DNA of 64,000 bases from Mobula hypostoma (lineage: Eukaryota): the NCBI RefSeq assembly GCF_963921235.1, contig NC_086097.1, forward strand, positions 108,750,001-108,814,000. Reading direction: 5' to 3'. Of this stretch, positions 1 through 13,450 are shown piece after piece (the first letter of the stretch is position 1; the number at the start of each line of letters is the position of its first letter). The notes beneath the pieces were generated by a model. It ran no database searches and had not been told where the DNA came from. It saw nothing but the letters and a program-made list of their open reading frames with translations. The translations under genes were made by a program, and so were the position numbers.

Positions 1-1319
1 TCACATTAGCCATCTGCTGTGTGCCGTTTTTCATTGATTCAATTCTGTCTCTTTGCTGTCTTTGTATATACTATGAAGACCCACAAGAAAATAAATCTCA
101 GGGTAGTATATGGTGACATATGCTGTATGTACTTTGATGAATAAATTTACTTTGAATTTTTGAACTTTGATTTATTACCAATATTAGACTCACAGGTCTG
201 TAATTACCATGTTTGCCCTTACCTTTAAACAAGCCTTTGACCTCAAAGATTGAATTCAACCCTAACTGAAATTTGCCACCTTATAATCCAAGGCCCCAAC
301 CTATCTCTGATCTGGCATACTATGATTGCACCCTACACATTTCCCTGTCCCACTGGAGGTCCTGATTTAAATCATATTAATTGGAGTCTATTGGCAGTCT
401 AAACCATGGTAGATCACTGACGTGGATTACTACAATACTTAAATATAGATGACAAACAACAATGGACCCAGCACCTATTCCCGCAGTACACCACTGGTCA
501 CAGGCCTCCTTTCAGAAAGCCAACTATCTACCACCATTCTCTGGGTTCTCCCATGAATCCAGCTATTTCACCCTGAATGCCAAATGACTGAACCTCACAG
601 ACCAACCTCCCATGTGGGATTTTGCCAAAGGCCTTGCAAAGTCCATGTAGCCAACATCCACTACCCTTCCTTCATCAACTTTCCTGTAACTTAAATGAAA
701 AACTCCATAAGATTGATTACTCACAACCTACCATGCACAAAGCAACATTAACAACCACTAATCAGACCCTGTCTATCCAAATACTTATAGATCTATACCC
801 TTAGAATATCTTCCAATAATTTACCCACAACTAATGTCAGGCTCATTAGCCCATAATTTCCTGGCTTACACTTGAAACCTACCTTGAATGATGGAACCAC
901 GTTGGCTATCCTCCAATCTTCTGGCATCTCACCTCTGGCCGTGGATGTTTTAAATATCTCTGCCAGAGCCCCTGCAGTTTCTGCACTAGCCTTTCACATT
1001 TTCTGAGGGGACACCTTGTCAGGCCCTGGGGGGCTTATCTACCATAATTTGTCCCAAGACAGCAGATACCTCTTCTTCTGTAATCCATGACCTCGCTACT
1101 GTTTTGCTCTGTCAGATACACTGTGTCGGTCTCCCAAGTAAATACAGATGCAAAAAATCCGTTTAAGATCTCCTCCACCTCTTTCAGCTCTATGCATAGA
1201 TGACCACACTGATCATCAAGTGGAGCAATTTTGTCCCTTACTATCCTTTTGTATCCGTAGATGCTCTTGGGAATCTCCTTCACCTTGTTAGACAGAACAA
1301 TCTCATGCCTTCTTTTCAC

Positions 1320-2113
1320 GGAACAAGTGCTACACATGCCCTTACACTTCCTCCCTTACCACCATTCAGGGCCACAGACAGTCCTTCCAGGTGAGGCGAA
1401 ACTTCACCTGTGAGTCGTCTGGGGTGATATACTGCGTCCGGTGCTCCCGATGTGGCCTTCTATATATTGGCGAGACCCGACACAGACCTGGGAGATCGTT
1501 TCGCTGAAAACCTACGCTCTGTCCGCCAGAGAAAGCAGGATCTCCCAGTGGCCACACATTTTAATTCCACGTCCCATTCCCATTCTGATATGTCTATCCA
1601 CGGGCTCCTCTACTGTAAAGATGAAGCCACACTCAGGTTGGAGGAACAACACCTTATATTCCATCTGGGTAGCCTCCAACTTGATGGCATGAACATTGGC
1701 TTCTCTAACTTCTGCTAATGCCCCACCTCCCCCTCGTACCCCATCTGTTATTTATTTATGTACACACATTCTTTCTCTCTCTCTCCTTTTTCTCCCTCTA
1801 TCCCTCTGACTATACCCCTTGCCCATCCTCTGGGTTTCCCCCCCTCCCCCTTTTCCTTCTCCCTGGGCCTCCTGTCCCATGACCCTCTCATGTCCTTTTT
1901 GCCAATCACCTGTCCAGCTCTTGGCTCCATCCCTCCCCCTCCTGTCTTCTCCTATCATTTTGGATCTCCCCCTCCCCCTGCCACCTTCAAATCTCTTACT
2001 AACTCTTCCTTCAGTTAGTCCTGATGAAGGGTCTCGGCCCGAAACGTCAACTGTACCTCTTCCTAGAGATGCTGCCTGGCCTGCTGCATTCACTGGCAAC
2101 TTTGATGTGAGTT
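1320..2113 (+). mobile_element. 5'-truncated Penelope-like element (GIY-YIG C-terminus plus pseudo-LTR)
   Basis: Near-identical to 37464-38250 (VIYC...YIGET...RLEEQHLIF). Flanked by a 12 bp TSD ccttcttttcac at 1308-1319 and 2114-2125. Confidence 0.9.
2017..2052 (+). ncRNA. Minimal type I hammerhead ribozyme motif in PLE pseudo-LTR (stem I has one mismatch)
   Basis: agtc CTGATGA a ggg tctcgg ccc GAAAC GTC aact. Confidence 0.65.
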
Positions 2114-2632
2114 CCTTCTTTTCACATGCTGACTTCCTTCCTAAGTAGCCCCTTACATTTATTTTATCCTCAAACACTTCATTTTTACCTTGCTGCCTAT
2201 ACTTGCAATGCTTCTCCTTCTTGTTAACCAGGGCTTCAATATCCTACAAACCAAAGATTCCTTAAACCTGTTAGCCTTGCCTATTATTCTAACATGAACC
2301 TATAAAGTGCAGTAACCAGAACTGAATTGGCTCTTCTGAACTTGGCGAGTTTCTTCATTGCACTGTTGAAGTATTCCACTCTAAATGTTTCAGATAATAC
2401 TGTCTGAAGAGCCACACTGCAGGGCGAGTATCCATGTAGTAAAGTCAATGGGTAAGACTGAAGTGGTGAACATTACACTGGATGTAGACGAAAAGAACTC
2501 ACAATTTATATGGAAGTCCCTTACAAACATTAAACTTTCACAAAGTACTAGCTTGAACGTGGTGGAAGTGTGGTTCCAGTCCTGAGCTCAAACTATTCAT
2601 GAAATCGGTTCGTTAATCCACAACTTGCTTAC

Positions 2633-2758
2633 CGGATTTCCTGTTTGTTCACAAAAACGTGTGAAGATGTATCCAGTTCTACTTTCGTATTGGAGGGCCT
2701 GCAGTAAGTCATCCATTTTATAACTGCTCAGAGCCTCTTGGAACTTCGTGATCTGCAT
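2633..2758 (-). CDS. RGS22: RGS22 coding exon (last seen in window), phase 0 to 0
   Basis: caatag|ATG CAG...AAT CCG|gtaagc. Translates MQITKFQEALSSYKMDDLLQALQYESRTGYIFTRFCEQTGNP, like human DMENLLQSLYVENRAGFFFTKFCEHSGNK. Confidence 0.9.
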
Positions 2759-3393
2759 CTATTGAAACACATACAAAATAAGGATATTTTAGTTTGGTAT
2801 TCCCAATAGCCTAGAAATGGATCCAGAAAGAATGCCAAAACTAACATATCCTGACAATTTTTGGATCATGTGACATTGATTATAGAAATAGGACTTTGGA
2901 GAAGAACACAACACTAGACAATTGATTAAAAACAGTAAGGGAGGGGCTGCTATTGGTGAGTGCCATTACTGGGATGAAACCTATCGTGATGGAACTGAGC
3001 TTCTAAAACCCAGATCAATTACAACTCAAAGAGACAGGTCATTCCTGGTACTCATCACCCTCTATGTAAAGAAGTTACCTTACAAGTCTCTTTTAATTGT
3101 CTCCCCTCTTCTATCTGTGCTCTCTAGTTTTGGATTCCCAAACCCTTAGTAAAATAATATGACCATCCTCCTTATCCATACCTTCATGATTTTATAAAAT
3201 TCTATGAGGACCACCCCCCCCCCTCCAATTTTGCTGTGTTTCAGGGCATAAAGGACTAAAGGACTAACCTCTCCTTATTACTTGGCCCTTTATTACAAGC
3301 AGTATCCTTGTAAATCTCTTTCGCACTCTCTCCAGCTTGACAATGTCTGCACTGTAACTATGCACAATATCCAAGTGTGGCCTCACCTATGCA

Positions 3394-3800
3394 GATGATA
3401 CAAAGATAATTGGAAGGGCAGGTAGTGTTGAAGAAGTAGAGAATCTGCAGAAGGATTTAGACAGATTAGGAGAATCGGCAAAGAAGTGGCAGATGGAATG
3501 GAATACAGTGCAGGGAAGTGTATGATCATGCACTTTAGCAGAAGGAATGAAGGTGTAGACTATTTTCTAAATGAGAAGCAAATTTAGAAATCAGAGGTGC
3601 AAAGGGACTTGAGAGTCCTCATTCAGGATTCTGTGAAGATTATCTTACAGATTCAGTTAATGGTAAGGAAGACAAATATAATTTTAGCATTTATTTCAAA
3701 AGGACAAGAATACAACAGCAAGGATGTAATGCTGAGTCTATGTAAGGCATTGGTTATACTGCACTTGGAAGTACTGTGAGCAGTTTTTGGCCTTTGATTC
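3394..3800 (+). mobile_element. CR1 LINE RT fragment, decayed
   Basis: gcagatgatacaaag (ADDTK), aagaagtggcagatggaa (KKWQME) and HLEY-like motifs. Confidence 0.7.
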
Positions 3801-4194
3801 TATCATGTTTCTTCGTATTTAGTGTGAATGCCCACAAGAAAATGAATCTTAGGGTAGTACATGGTGACGTATATGTACTTTGATAATAAATTTACTTTGA
3901 ACTTTGAGGGAGACCTGATGAAGGGTCTTGGCATGAAAGGCAACTGTTTACTGCCTGACCTGCTGAGCTCCTCTGGCATTTTGTGTGTATAGGTCAGACA
4001 TCTCAATAACTGTTGGATTAGCAGAAGACCCTTTGCTAATCTGATTTGCAGTATAAAAGGAGGCCACAAGAACAAGTTCTTTGTTACTTTGTTTCACTGG
4101 CTTTACTTGATGTTACTTCATATTATTTGCCGTCTCTGCCTGACCTATATTTTGTAGAACAGCAAACAAAAAATGGCTGTAACCATCAGGTTTG

Positions 4195-7100
4195 TGTCAT
4201 GCTTTGGTCTGTTCACTAGGGGGCACCAGAGTTCTCCAAGCTCCAATGCTCCTCCACCCCTGATTATTAGATGATTATCTTCAACTGTGTTTTATTTTAA
4301 TTTTCAGTGCACCCGTGCCTTGCTTTGTTTGTCTTTGCTCAGTATTGAGCTTACCTATCCTGTGTGTAGTGATCCTTGAATCTTAACCTGTGGTCTCCAC
4401 AAATCAATCCATTCTTTGTTCAACTCCATTCTTGTCTTTAGTCTCCTCTGCACTTGGGTCTAAGCCTTTCCAGATGGTCCACTGGTTGAAGGCAGGGAAC
4501 TTCACTATGACAACCCCAGATCAAACCCAGCCTGGCAACCACCCCTGTTACAGCAAGACTGAGCCACAATATGGACCCAACAGAGGACGAGCATCACCAA
4601 TCGTTGCCGGCCAACCAAGAAGTCACAGTGAGTGGACATGAGCTAGACCACTTTCAGATACTCAGCAAGATCATCTGGTTGAGCCAGCAAGCCCCTGCCG
4701 ATAACCCAACTACTGACCTACCAACCTGCTGGCAGCAAAGTGATTTGATGGCAACTCAGGGACATGTAAGGGGTTTCTTACTCAGTGTCCTCTGACTTTT
4801 GAGCTGTAACCCACTAAGCTCCCCTCTGACCACTGCAAAGTTGCCTATATCATCTCTGTCCTCTCTGGCAAAGCTCTTGCCTGGGCTATGGTGTTCTGGG
4901 AGAAGAACTCCCACTTTGTGCAAATGTATCCCTCTTCACCAGGGAGATGAAGAGGGTCTATGATCACCCAGCTAGAGGATGAGAGTTGGCTAATCAACTC
5001 TTCCAACTTCCTCAGGGTACCCGTAGTGTGGCTGACTACGCAATCGAGTTCTGCACCCTGGCGAAAGACTCTGGTTGGAACACTAAAGCCCTAATAGGCA
5101 TGTTCCACCATGGGCTGTCAGGTGAAATTAAAGATGAATTGGCAGCCAGAGACTCTGTTGAGGATCTCGAGACTCTCATCAATCCAGATTGACAATTGTC
5201 TTCCGGAAAGAAGAGAACCCTGAAGTGAGTCCTCTAGGGCTGCCAGCTCTGAGTCTTTTCGTCCCCTGTGTGGTCATGCACACCCCCAGCTCCCCTCAGT
5301 TTCCTCCGGGGGAGTCAATGCCACCAAGCAGAACCTCCAGCTGAACAGAACTGGAGAAAGGGAAAGTGCTGCCCCTACTGTGTTGAGGCAGCCATTATTG
5401 TCCTGCTTGTCCTGAGTTGTTGGGAAAAGATGTAGACCCATCCAGGGAAGGCATGTCTGTGACGGATTCCACCATTCCTCCCACGTCATGCTGTCTACCT
5501 CTATCTCCTGGGGAGAGCAACATGCGCTTGGAGCCTTCATGGATTCTACGCCAGTAGGCAGTTTTATGGAGCTTCAGTTAGCAAGGCATCCCCAAGCTCC
5601 CCTGGCCCGTCTTGACCAACCAGTCATGGTCACAGCTCTAGATGGAAGACCTCTGAGCCCTGGAAGTATCTGCCACCTCACTGCTCCCATTTTTCTACAT
5701 GTAGAACAGCATACCAAGACCATCCAGTTTCATTTTATTCATTTTCCTGAATTCTCATTGATCTTAAGACCTCTCTGGTTGGTTCTCCACATCCCATAGA
5801 CTGATTGGTCCAACAGTGCACTCCACATATGGTCTTCTCACTGCTGGGCTGATTGTCTACCCAACTCTCCTCTGTCATCTGAGTATACAGACCTGCTTTT
5901 ACTTTTTAGTAAGAAAAGGTTCACAACACTCCCACCTCAATGAACCCATGATTGCGTAATTGAATTGCTGCTTGGAACTTGGACTCTACTTCCTATCAGC
6001 CCCAGAAACAGTGGCCATCGAGGAGTACACCCGTAATGCCCTGGTGTCCTGTTTCATTTTCCCCTCCACATCTCTTGCTGGTGCAGGTGACTTCTTCGCA
6101 GTGAAAAAGGATAATGAACTCGGACCATGTACAGATTATCAAGCCCTTAATATGATTACAGTGAAGAACTGGTACTCCTTGTCACGAATGACCACGGCTT
6201 TCAAGTTGCTGCAAGAAGCAACCATCTTTACTAAAATAGACCTCCAGAATGCAGAAAACCTGGTCCGTATTCAGGAGGGTGATGAATGGAAGACCGCTTT
6301 CAACACCTCTACTGGCCACTATAAATATTTCTTGATATGCTCTTTGGTTTAGTCAACATCTCAGTGGTCTTCTAGGTCCTTTTCAATTATGTTCTCCGAC
6401 CCATCCAGGCTGGTAGCACCTGTCTGATGGGAGGTTGAGACCATCATCATGAAAGCACAACAAGAGGCTGACCCAGGGAATGGTCCATTGGGTCACCCTC
6501 TCATCCTAACTCTGTCCTATCAGATACGTTAGAGTGGGGCATGCATCATGTATCACAGAATGTCCGGGAATGGTGGAGCTCATCAAGAGTTGGTTCTGGT
6601 GGCTGTACATGATTGAGAGATGTTTAATCTTATGTGTTCGTCTGTCACATCTGTGCCCAGAACAAGGAACCCAGATCACGTCCACAGGGGCAGCTACTTT
6701 CCTTCTTGTCCCTGGTCCCATATCTTCATGCCCTTCATTACTCATCTGCCCCCATTGCAAGGTAGCATCATGATTGTGGTGGTGGTGGAATGGTCCCTCA
6801 AGGCCTGCCACTTTGTGCCCCTGCCCAAGTTTCCCTCAGTTCAGGAGATGGCCAACCTTATTCTGCAACAGGTGGTGAGAGCGCACGGCAGGTCCCGGGA
6901 CGTTGTTTCTGACTGAGGCCCTCAGTTTACCTCTAGTTCTGGAAGGCCTTCTGCTGGCTCATTGGAGCTATAGTCAGCCTTTCATCAGGTCCAATGGGCA
7001 GATGGAGACGACCAACCAGGACCTGGAGGAGACCGTGAGGTGAATTTGCGTTGGGCAACCCATCCACTTGGAGTTATCATCTGCTCGGGAAGAGGTTGCT

Positions 7101-8132
7101 CATAACACTCTGTGCCATTCTTCTAGTGGTATATCTGCCTTTGAGTGTCTGTTTGGATATCCACCCCATTTCTCGAGCAGGAGTTTGAGGTGGGAGCTCT
7201 GTCTGCTCAACAGGAGTAAGTTGTTGTAGGCAGAGGTGGAAGAAAGCTTGGGCAGCCCTGCTGAAGGTCTCTCTGGAACAGCAATGGCCAAAGGCAGCTG
7301 AGGCCTTCATTCTATCCTGGTCAAAGGGTTTGCCTCTCCACTAAAGACTTGCTTCTGCAGGTTGAGTCTGGGAAACTGGTGCCATGCTATATCAGTCAGT
7401 TCAAGATTCTCTGTCAGATCAACCCAGTCACTTACCATCTCCAGTTGCCATTCACAAAAACGTATCAACTCCACCTTCCATACCTCCTGCCTAAAGCTCC
7501 TTCTGTGCAGCTTGCTGGCACCAGTCCCGAGACCGCCCCCAGCGTCATTAATGATCAGATACCATACACCACCCATCGATTTCTGGACTCCCATCTGGCT
7601 TGTGGCCGTCTCCAGTACCTGGTGTATTGGGAGCATTACGATCCAGAGCAAATGTTGTGGGTTCCCTCCTGTGGCGTCCTGGACCTGATCAGGTTACCAT
7701 TTGGATTGCCCTGAACCACCAGATGCTAGCTGTACAGGGGATGAAGAAGTTCTGTCATGCTTTGATCTGATCACCAGGGGGCGCTAGAGTCCTCCAGGCT
7801 CCAATGCTGCTCCTCCCCAACTATTAGTGGATTATATTCACCTGTCTCTCATTTTAGTTATCAGTGCAACTGTGCCTTGTTTCATTTCTCTATTTAAATT
7901 ATGTCTGTTTTATTTGTCTTTGCTCAGTCTCAAGTTTACCCATCTATCCTGTGTGCAGTGAATCTCAAATCCTAACCTGAGTTCTCTACAAACCAACCAC
8001 AATTAAAGATTGTTTGTTCAACTCCATTCTTGTCTCTGATCTCCTCTGCACTTGGGTCCACCTGGTCTAAGCCTCTCCTGGTAGGCCTGAACAACCCTGG
8101 ATCAAACCCAGTCTGGCAACCACCCCATTACA
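4195..8132 (+). mobile_element. Ty3/Gypsy chromovirus (Sushi-like) LTR retrotransposon, decayed and internally deleted
   Basis: TG...CA LTRs at 4195-4552 and 7753-8132, with 5 bp TSD gtttg at 4190-4194 and 8133-8137 and a purine tract before the 3' LTR. Remnants of gag (QGTRSVADYAIEF), protease (AFMDS), RT (KIDLQNA...[11 protein letters not shown]), integrase and chromodomain (LQYLVYWEHY). Confidence 0.92.
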
Positions 8133-8322
8133 GTTTGCACCTCAAACTTGACTTCATCAGGACTTCTAACATAATCACCAAGTCAAAAATTACTTTAATG
8201 CATAATGTTCAAAACAAATTTTTAATGCTTCTGTTAAACAATTACCTGTAAAGTAGTTGTTGCCTTGTTAGGATTTTCTTAGTACATTTTTTGCTGTTTT
8301 GGACCTTGAAATTTATACTTAC

Positions 8323-8425
8323 TAACTTCTCCAAATTGCGAACTGGCTTTGATCTATGTAATTCTAGATCCTCAAAAGATTTTGAGACTTCAGACCTAAA
8401 ACTGTTCATTGAGATGAGAAGTTTG
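8323..8425 (-). CDS. RGS22: RGS22 coding exon, phase 2 to 0
   Basis: ttccccacag|C AAA CTT...TTA|gtaagt. Open frame (D)KLLISMNSFRSEVSKSFEDLELHRSKPVRNLEKL. It supplies the phase 2 to 0 link required between its neighbours. Confidence 0.75.
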
Positions 8426-9317
8426 CTGTGGGGAAAAATATTAATGACTACTTAGTAGCAATAGTTGAGATATGAAATAATATGCTACAAAAGTATAACT
8501 ATCCAGGTGCCACTAACACTGAAGAACCTATAGGCAATTGAGATTATATGAGGAGTTCTTAAACATTTTAGGACACAGGACTGAAGGTTATTTAGCTAAA
8601 TGAGCAATTGTGCCTATTCTGTGGCCTAACTCCTCATCACTGCCTTGGCCCAAGAATAGTTTATATAGCCCACAAGATATAGGAACAGAATTAGGCCATT
8701 TGTCCCTTCAGGGACATCCCTCCCTCCCATCAAGTCTGCTCTACCATTCCATCACAGCTGATTATTATGTCTCTCGACCCCATGCTCCTGCTATTTCCCT
8801 GTAACCTTTGCCTTACTAATCAAGAACCTATCATCCTCTGCTTTAAATATACCCCACTCTTTTTTAGCAATGAAATCCACACACCTGCTAGACAAAGAAA
8901 TTACTCCTCATCTCTTTTTTAAAGCAATGTCCTTCTATTCTGAGACTGTGCTCTTTGGTCCCCATTATAGGAAACATTCTCTCCATTCTAGATAGGCCTT
9001 ACAATATTTGATATGTTTCACTTCAAAATAATATAAATTATCAAGTCCAGATGTCAAATGAGTAACTTACCCAGCGCTAATTACATTTCATAAAAGAGCA
9101 AAGTCAACTTCTTTACTTGCCTGAACAATTTCTAACTTCATTCTTCCATCCTACCCTGGTTATTCATTGGCTTCACCAATGCCAAATCCCCATCATTGAC
9201 CTCCTGAAGGTCTATGATTAAATACCATGGTTACATGACCTAGACAGAAGATGGGTACCTCACGGCACCCGAAACCCTTTCCACCATCTACAAGCCACAG
9301 TCAGTAGAATGATGGAA

Positions 9318-10110
9318 TACAGAATTTCAGTTGGTGACGAGGAAGCTTTCAGCAAGATAGATCAACTGGTAGAGTGGTGTCACAACAACAACCTTGCACT
9401 CAATGTCAGTAAAAGAAAGGAATTGATTGTGCACTTCAGGAAGGGGACATCGAGGAAACACATACCAGTCCTCATTGAGGGATCAGCAGTGGAAAGGATG
9501 AGCAGTTTCAAATTCCTGGGAGTCCAGATCTCTGAAGATCTATCCTGGGCCCAACACGCTCATGCAATTACAAAGGTGGCATGACGGTGACCATATTTCA
9601 TGAGGAGTTTGAGGAGACTTGGTATGTCACCAAAGACACTCGCAAATTTCTACAGATGTACCGTGGAGAGCATTCTAACCGGCTGCATCACCATTTGGTA
9701 TGGAGGGGCTGTTGCAGAGGACAGGAAAAAGCTGCAAAAAATTGTAGATTCAGCGAGCTCCATCAAGGGGCCTAGCCTCCATAGCATCAAGGACACATCA
9801 AATGGCAATGCCTGAAAAAAGGTCACATCCATCATTAAGGACCCCCTCACCCAGGACATGCCCTCTTCTCATTGCTACCATCAAAGAGCAGGTACAGGAG
9901 CCTGAAGACACACACTCAACATTTCAGGAACAGATTCTTCCCTTCCCCCAGCAGATTTCTGAATTGCTAATTAATTCATGAGCACTACCTCTTTACTTTT
10001 CCTCTCTATTTGCATTACTTATATAAAAATTGTAATTTGTAGTTTTTATGTATTGCTGCCACAAAACAACAAATTTTGTAACTTATGCTAGTGATATTGA
10101 ACCCGACTGA
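9318..10110 (+). mobile_element. Rex1/Babar LINE 3' fragment
   Basis: WCHNNNLALNVSK...FKFLGVQISEDLSW and FYRCTVESILTGCITIWYG, followed by a 3' UTR. Confidence 0.85.
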
Positions 10111-10959
10111 TTTTTATTCTTCACTTTCTTGAGTATAGATCCAGCAATTTTCAAGAAGCTCAACACCAGGACAAAGCAGTCGATTTGATTGGCACACTAG
10201 CCTAAATATTCTTTCTGTTCACCATTAGTGCACATAGCTGCAGTGTGAATCTGCAACTGAAAGTGCCACAGTTACTCACCCAGCATTATCTCATAGCACA
10301 CTGAACAGTAAACAAACAACTTCTACCACCAAGAAGGAAATGAGTAGCAGGCAGATGGGAACACTGCCACCTATAGGTTCTCATTCAAGTTGCATGCCAC
10401 ACTGGATTACTAACACCTTTTCAGATGAAATTAGAAATAACTAAAAATATGACAGCCACGTACAAATGAATAAATTTAATATTCAAAGGTAGCATGGGAC
10501 TCTGTCTCCCAGAGACATATAAACCAGTTGAAACTTCTGAAGGTAGTGGACCATTTGTTTCCCCATTTTCCATTATAAAAATTATGCCCATCAGATGAGT
10601 AGTTATCTATATCCCAATTTGCACGGTGTTGCTTATTTTTCTCCTCTGCTTGCTGACATGCGTTTCTAGTAAAATAGTCTCATTTTCCTTTCCAAATCCT
10701 GTTTTGACCTCACATTTTCACTTTCATATAACCATCCTAGTCCAACAACCACCTGAGTTTGCCTTGCTTCTCCTGTTAGTGTCTCTTGATACATGATCAT
10801 TTTAAATCATTACACCACCAGAGGCAGTGTCTTCAGCCACTAAGGCCCAAAGGATAGGAATCCTCTGCTGAAAATGATCCTCTATCCTTCTTTAATATGC
10901 TCCATAGAATTTGATCAGACATCCACTTGTGTGGCTCACAATAGTACTCAGACTATACT

Positions 10960-12680
10960 CTTCAAAACAACAAATATCGAGAGCATGAGGTGAAGAGTCC
11001 TTGAAAGTGAGCCCATAGATTATGGGAACAGTTCAGTGTTGGCATGAGGGAAGTTGAGTGAATTTATATCATCAGTTCAAGAGTATGATGGTTGAGGGGT
11101 AATAACTATTCCTGAATCCGGTGGTGTGGATCCTGAAGCTCTTGCACCTCCTTCTTGATGGCAGCAGTGAGAGAAGAGCATGGCCTGGATGGTGGGAGCC
11201 CTTGATGATGGATGCTGCTTTCCTGCAACAGTGCTCCATGAAGTTGTGCTCAATGGTGGGGAGGGCTTTACCCACGATGAACTGGGCTGTATCCAATACT
11301 GTACTTTTTGGAGGCTTTTCCGTTCAAGGGCATTGGCATTTCCATACCAAGCAGTGATGCAACTAGTCAATGTAGTCTCCACTGCACATTTATATATTTT
11401 GTCAAAGTTTTAGATGTCATGCCAAATCTTTACAAACTTCTAGGAAAGTAGAGGCACTGACTTCCTTTCTTTGTAATGGCACTTGTGTGCTGGATCTAAG
11501 ACAGGTCCACTGAAATGAAAACACTGAGGAATTTAAAGTTGCTGACCCTCTCCAACTCTGATCCCCCAATGATGATTGGTTCATGGACCTCCAGTTTCCT
11601 CTTCCTGATGTCAATAATCAGTTCCTTGGTCTTGCTGACATTGAGTGAGAGGTTGTTGTTAAGGCACCACTCAGCCAGATTTTCAGTCTTCCTTCTACAT
11701 GTTGATATGTCACTGCCTTTGAATCAACCAACAGTAGTGGCGTTGTCAACAAACTTAAATAAGGCATTGGAGCTGCACTTCGCCTCACACTCGTAAGTAT
11801 AAAGCGAGTAGAGCAGGGGGCTAGGCCCACAGCCTTGTGGTGCATCGGTGCTGATGGAGGAGATGTTGTTGCCAATCTGAACTCATTGTGGTCTGCAAAT
11901 GAGGGAATCTAGGATTCAGTTGCATAAGGAGGTATTGAGGCCTGGAATTTGGAGCTTTTTGATTAGTTTTGAGAGGATGATAATATGGAATACTGAGCTG
12001 TAGTCAATGAAGAGCATCTTGCTGCATGAAACTTCATTGTCCAGATGTTCCAGGGTAGAGTGAAGAGCCAGTGAACTGCCATCTGTTGTTGACCTGTTAT
12101 AACAGTTGGCAAATTGGAGCAGATCCAAGTCGTTCCTCAGGCATCCTCTCAAAGCACTTCATCACAGTTGAAGCAAGTGCTACTGGACAATAGACATTGG
12201 GGGGGGGGCGGGTTACCACGTTCTTCTCAGGTGCTGGTGTAATTGAAGCCTCCTTGAAGCAGGTGGGTACCTCAGACTGCCGAAGCGCAAGGTTAAAGAC
12301 ATCATTTAAAGATAACAGTACAGCCAGCTGATCAGTACAGGTCTTTAGTACTTGGCCAGGTACCCTGTATGGGCCTGATGCTTTCTGGGGGTTCACTCTC
12401 TTGAAAGATGCTCACACATTAACCTCAGAGACTGATATCATAGGGTCGTTGCAGGCTGTGGGAGTACTTGAAACGTCTCCATGTTTTGATGGTCAAAGTG
12501 AGCATAAAAGGTATTGACTTCATCTAAGAGTGAAAGCGTTTTGTCACCCATGCAGGTCACTTGGTTTCATCTTGTGGAGGCGATAGCATTCAAGCCCTGA
12601 CACAGTTGTTAAGCATCTCTCAGTGAATCAAGTTTGATTTAGAATTGCCACTTTGTAGGTGAGAGGGCTTTCTGGAGACT
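10960..12680 (-). mobile_element. Rex1/Babar LINE fragment
   Basis: Minus-strand ORFs KASGPYRVPG...YCPVALASTVMKCFER, MLFIDYSS and TSCITAWYG. Confidence 0.85.
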
Positions 12681-13351
12681 GTACGCCTCCGCAAGAACCT
12701 GGACCCATTGTAATTTGCCTATCGCCACAATAGGTCAATGGCAGATGCAATCGCTGTGGCTCGTCACATGACTTTAGACCACCTAGACAACACCAACACC
12801 TACGTCAGGATACTGTTCATCGACTATAGCTCAGCATTTAATACCATCATTCCCACAATCCTGATTGAGAAGTTGCAGAACCTGTGCCTCTGTATCTCCC
12901 TCTGCGATTGGATCCTCGACTTCCTAATTGGAAGACCACAATCTGTGCGGATTAGTGATAATATATCCTCCTCATTGACGATCAACACTGGCACACCTCA
13001 GGGTGTGTGCTTAGCCCACTGCTCTACTCTCTCTATACCCATGACTGTGTGGTTAGGCGTAGCTCAAATACCATCTATAAATTTGCTGATGATACAACCA
13101 TTGTTGATAGAATCTCAGGTGGTGACGAGAGGGTGTACAGGAGTGAGATATGCCAACTAGTGGAATGGTGCCGCAGCAACAACCTGGCACTCAATGTCAG
13201 TAAAACGAAAGAGCTGATTGTGGACTACAGAAATGGTAAGATGAAGGAATACATACCAATCCTCAGAGAGATCAGAAGTGGAGAGAACGAGCAGTTTCAA
13301 GTTCCTGGATGTCAAGATCTCTGAGGATCTACCCTGGTCCTAACATATCCA

Positions 13352-13448
13352 GCAACACACATCAAAGTTGCTGGTGAACGCAGCAGGCCAAGCAGCATCT
13401 ATAGGAAGAGGCGCAGTCGACGTTTCAGGCCGAGACCCTTCGTCAGGA
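13352..13448 (-). mobile_element. About 97 bp PLE pseudo-LTR mini-insertion carrying the hammerhead
   Basis: Matches the PLE terminus. Flanked by a 12 bp TSD ctaacatatcca at 13340-13351 and 13449-13460. Confidence 0.85.
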
Positions 13449-13450
13449 CT
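13415..13450 (-). ncRNA. Minimal hammerhead ribozyme motif, core intact
   Basis: Minus strand reads agtc CTGACGA agggtctcggcct GAAAC GTC gact. Confidence 0.7.

Larger units (their letters stand above)
421..2300 (-). mobile_element. Decayed CR1 LINE ORF2 remnant, interrupted by a PLE at 1320-2113
   Basis: Minus-strand peptide EEILNGFFASVFT and other CR1 RT-region motifs. Boundaries are approximate. Confidence 0.7.

Noticed and set aside
2281..2600. Search for the next RGS22 exon (LWKNSVYFW-like)
   Set aside because: No matching frame with splice sites was found. The FW-like motif resembles CR1 sequence, so the exon probably lies outside the window.
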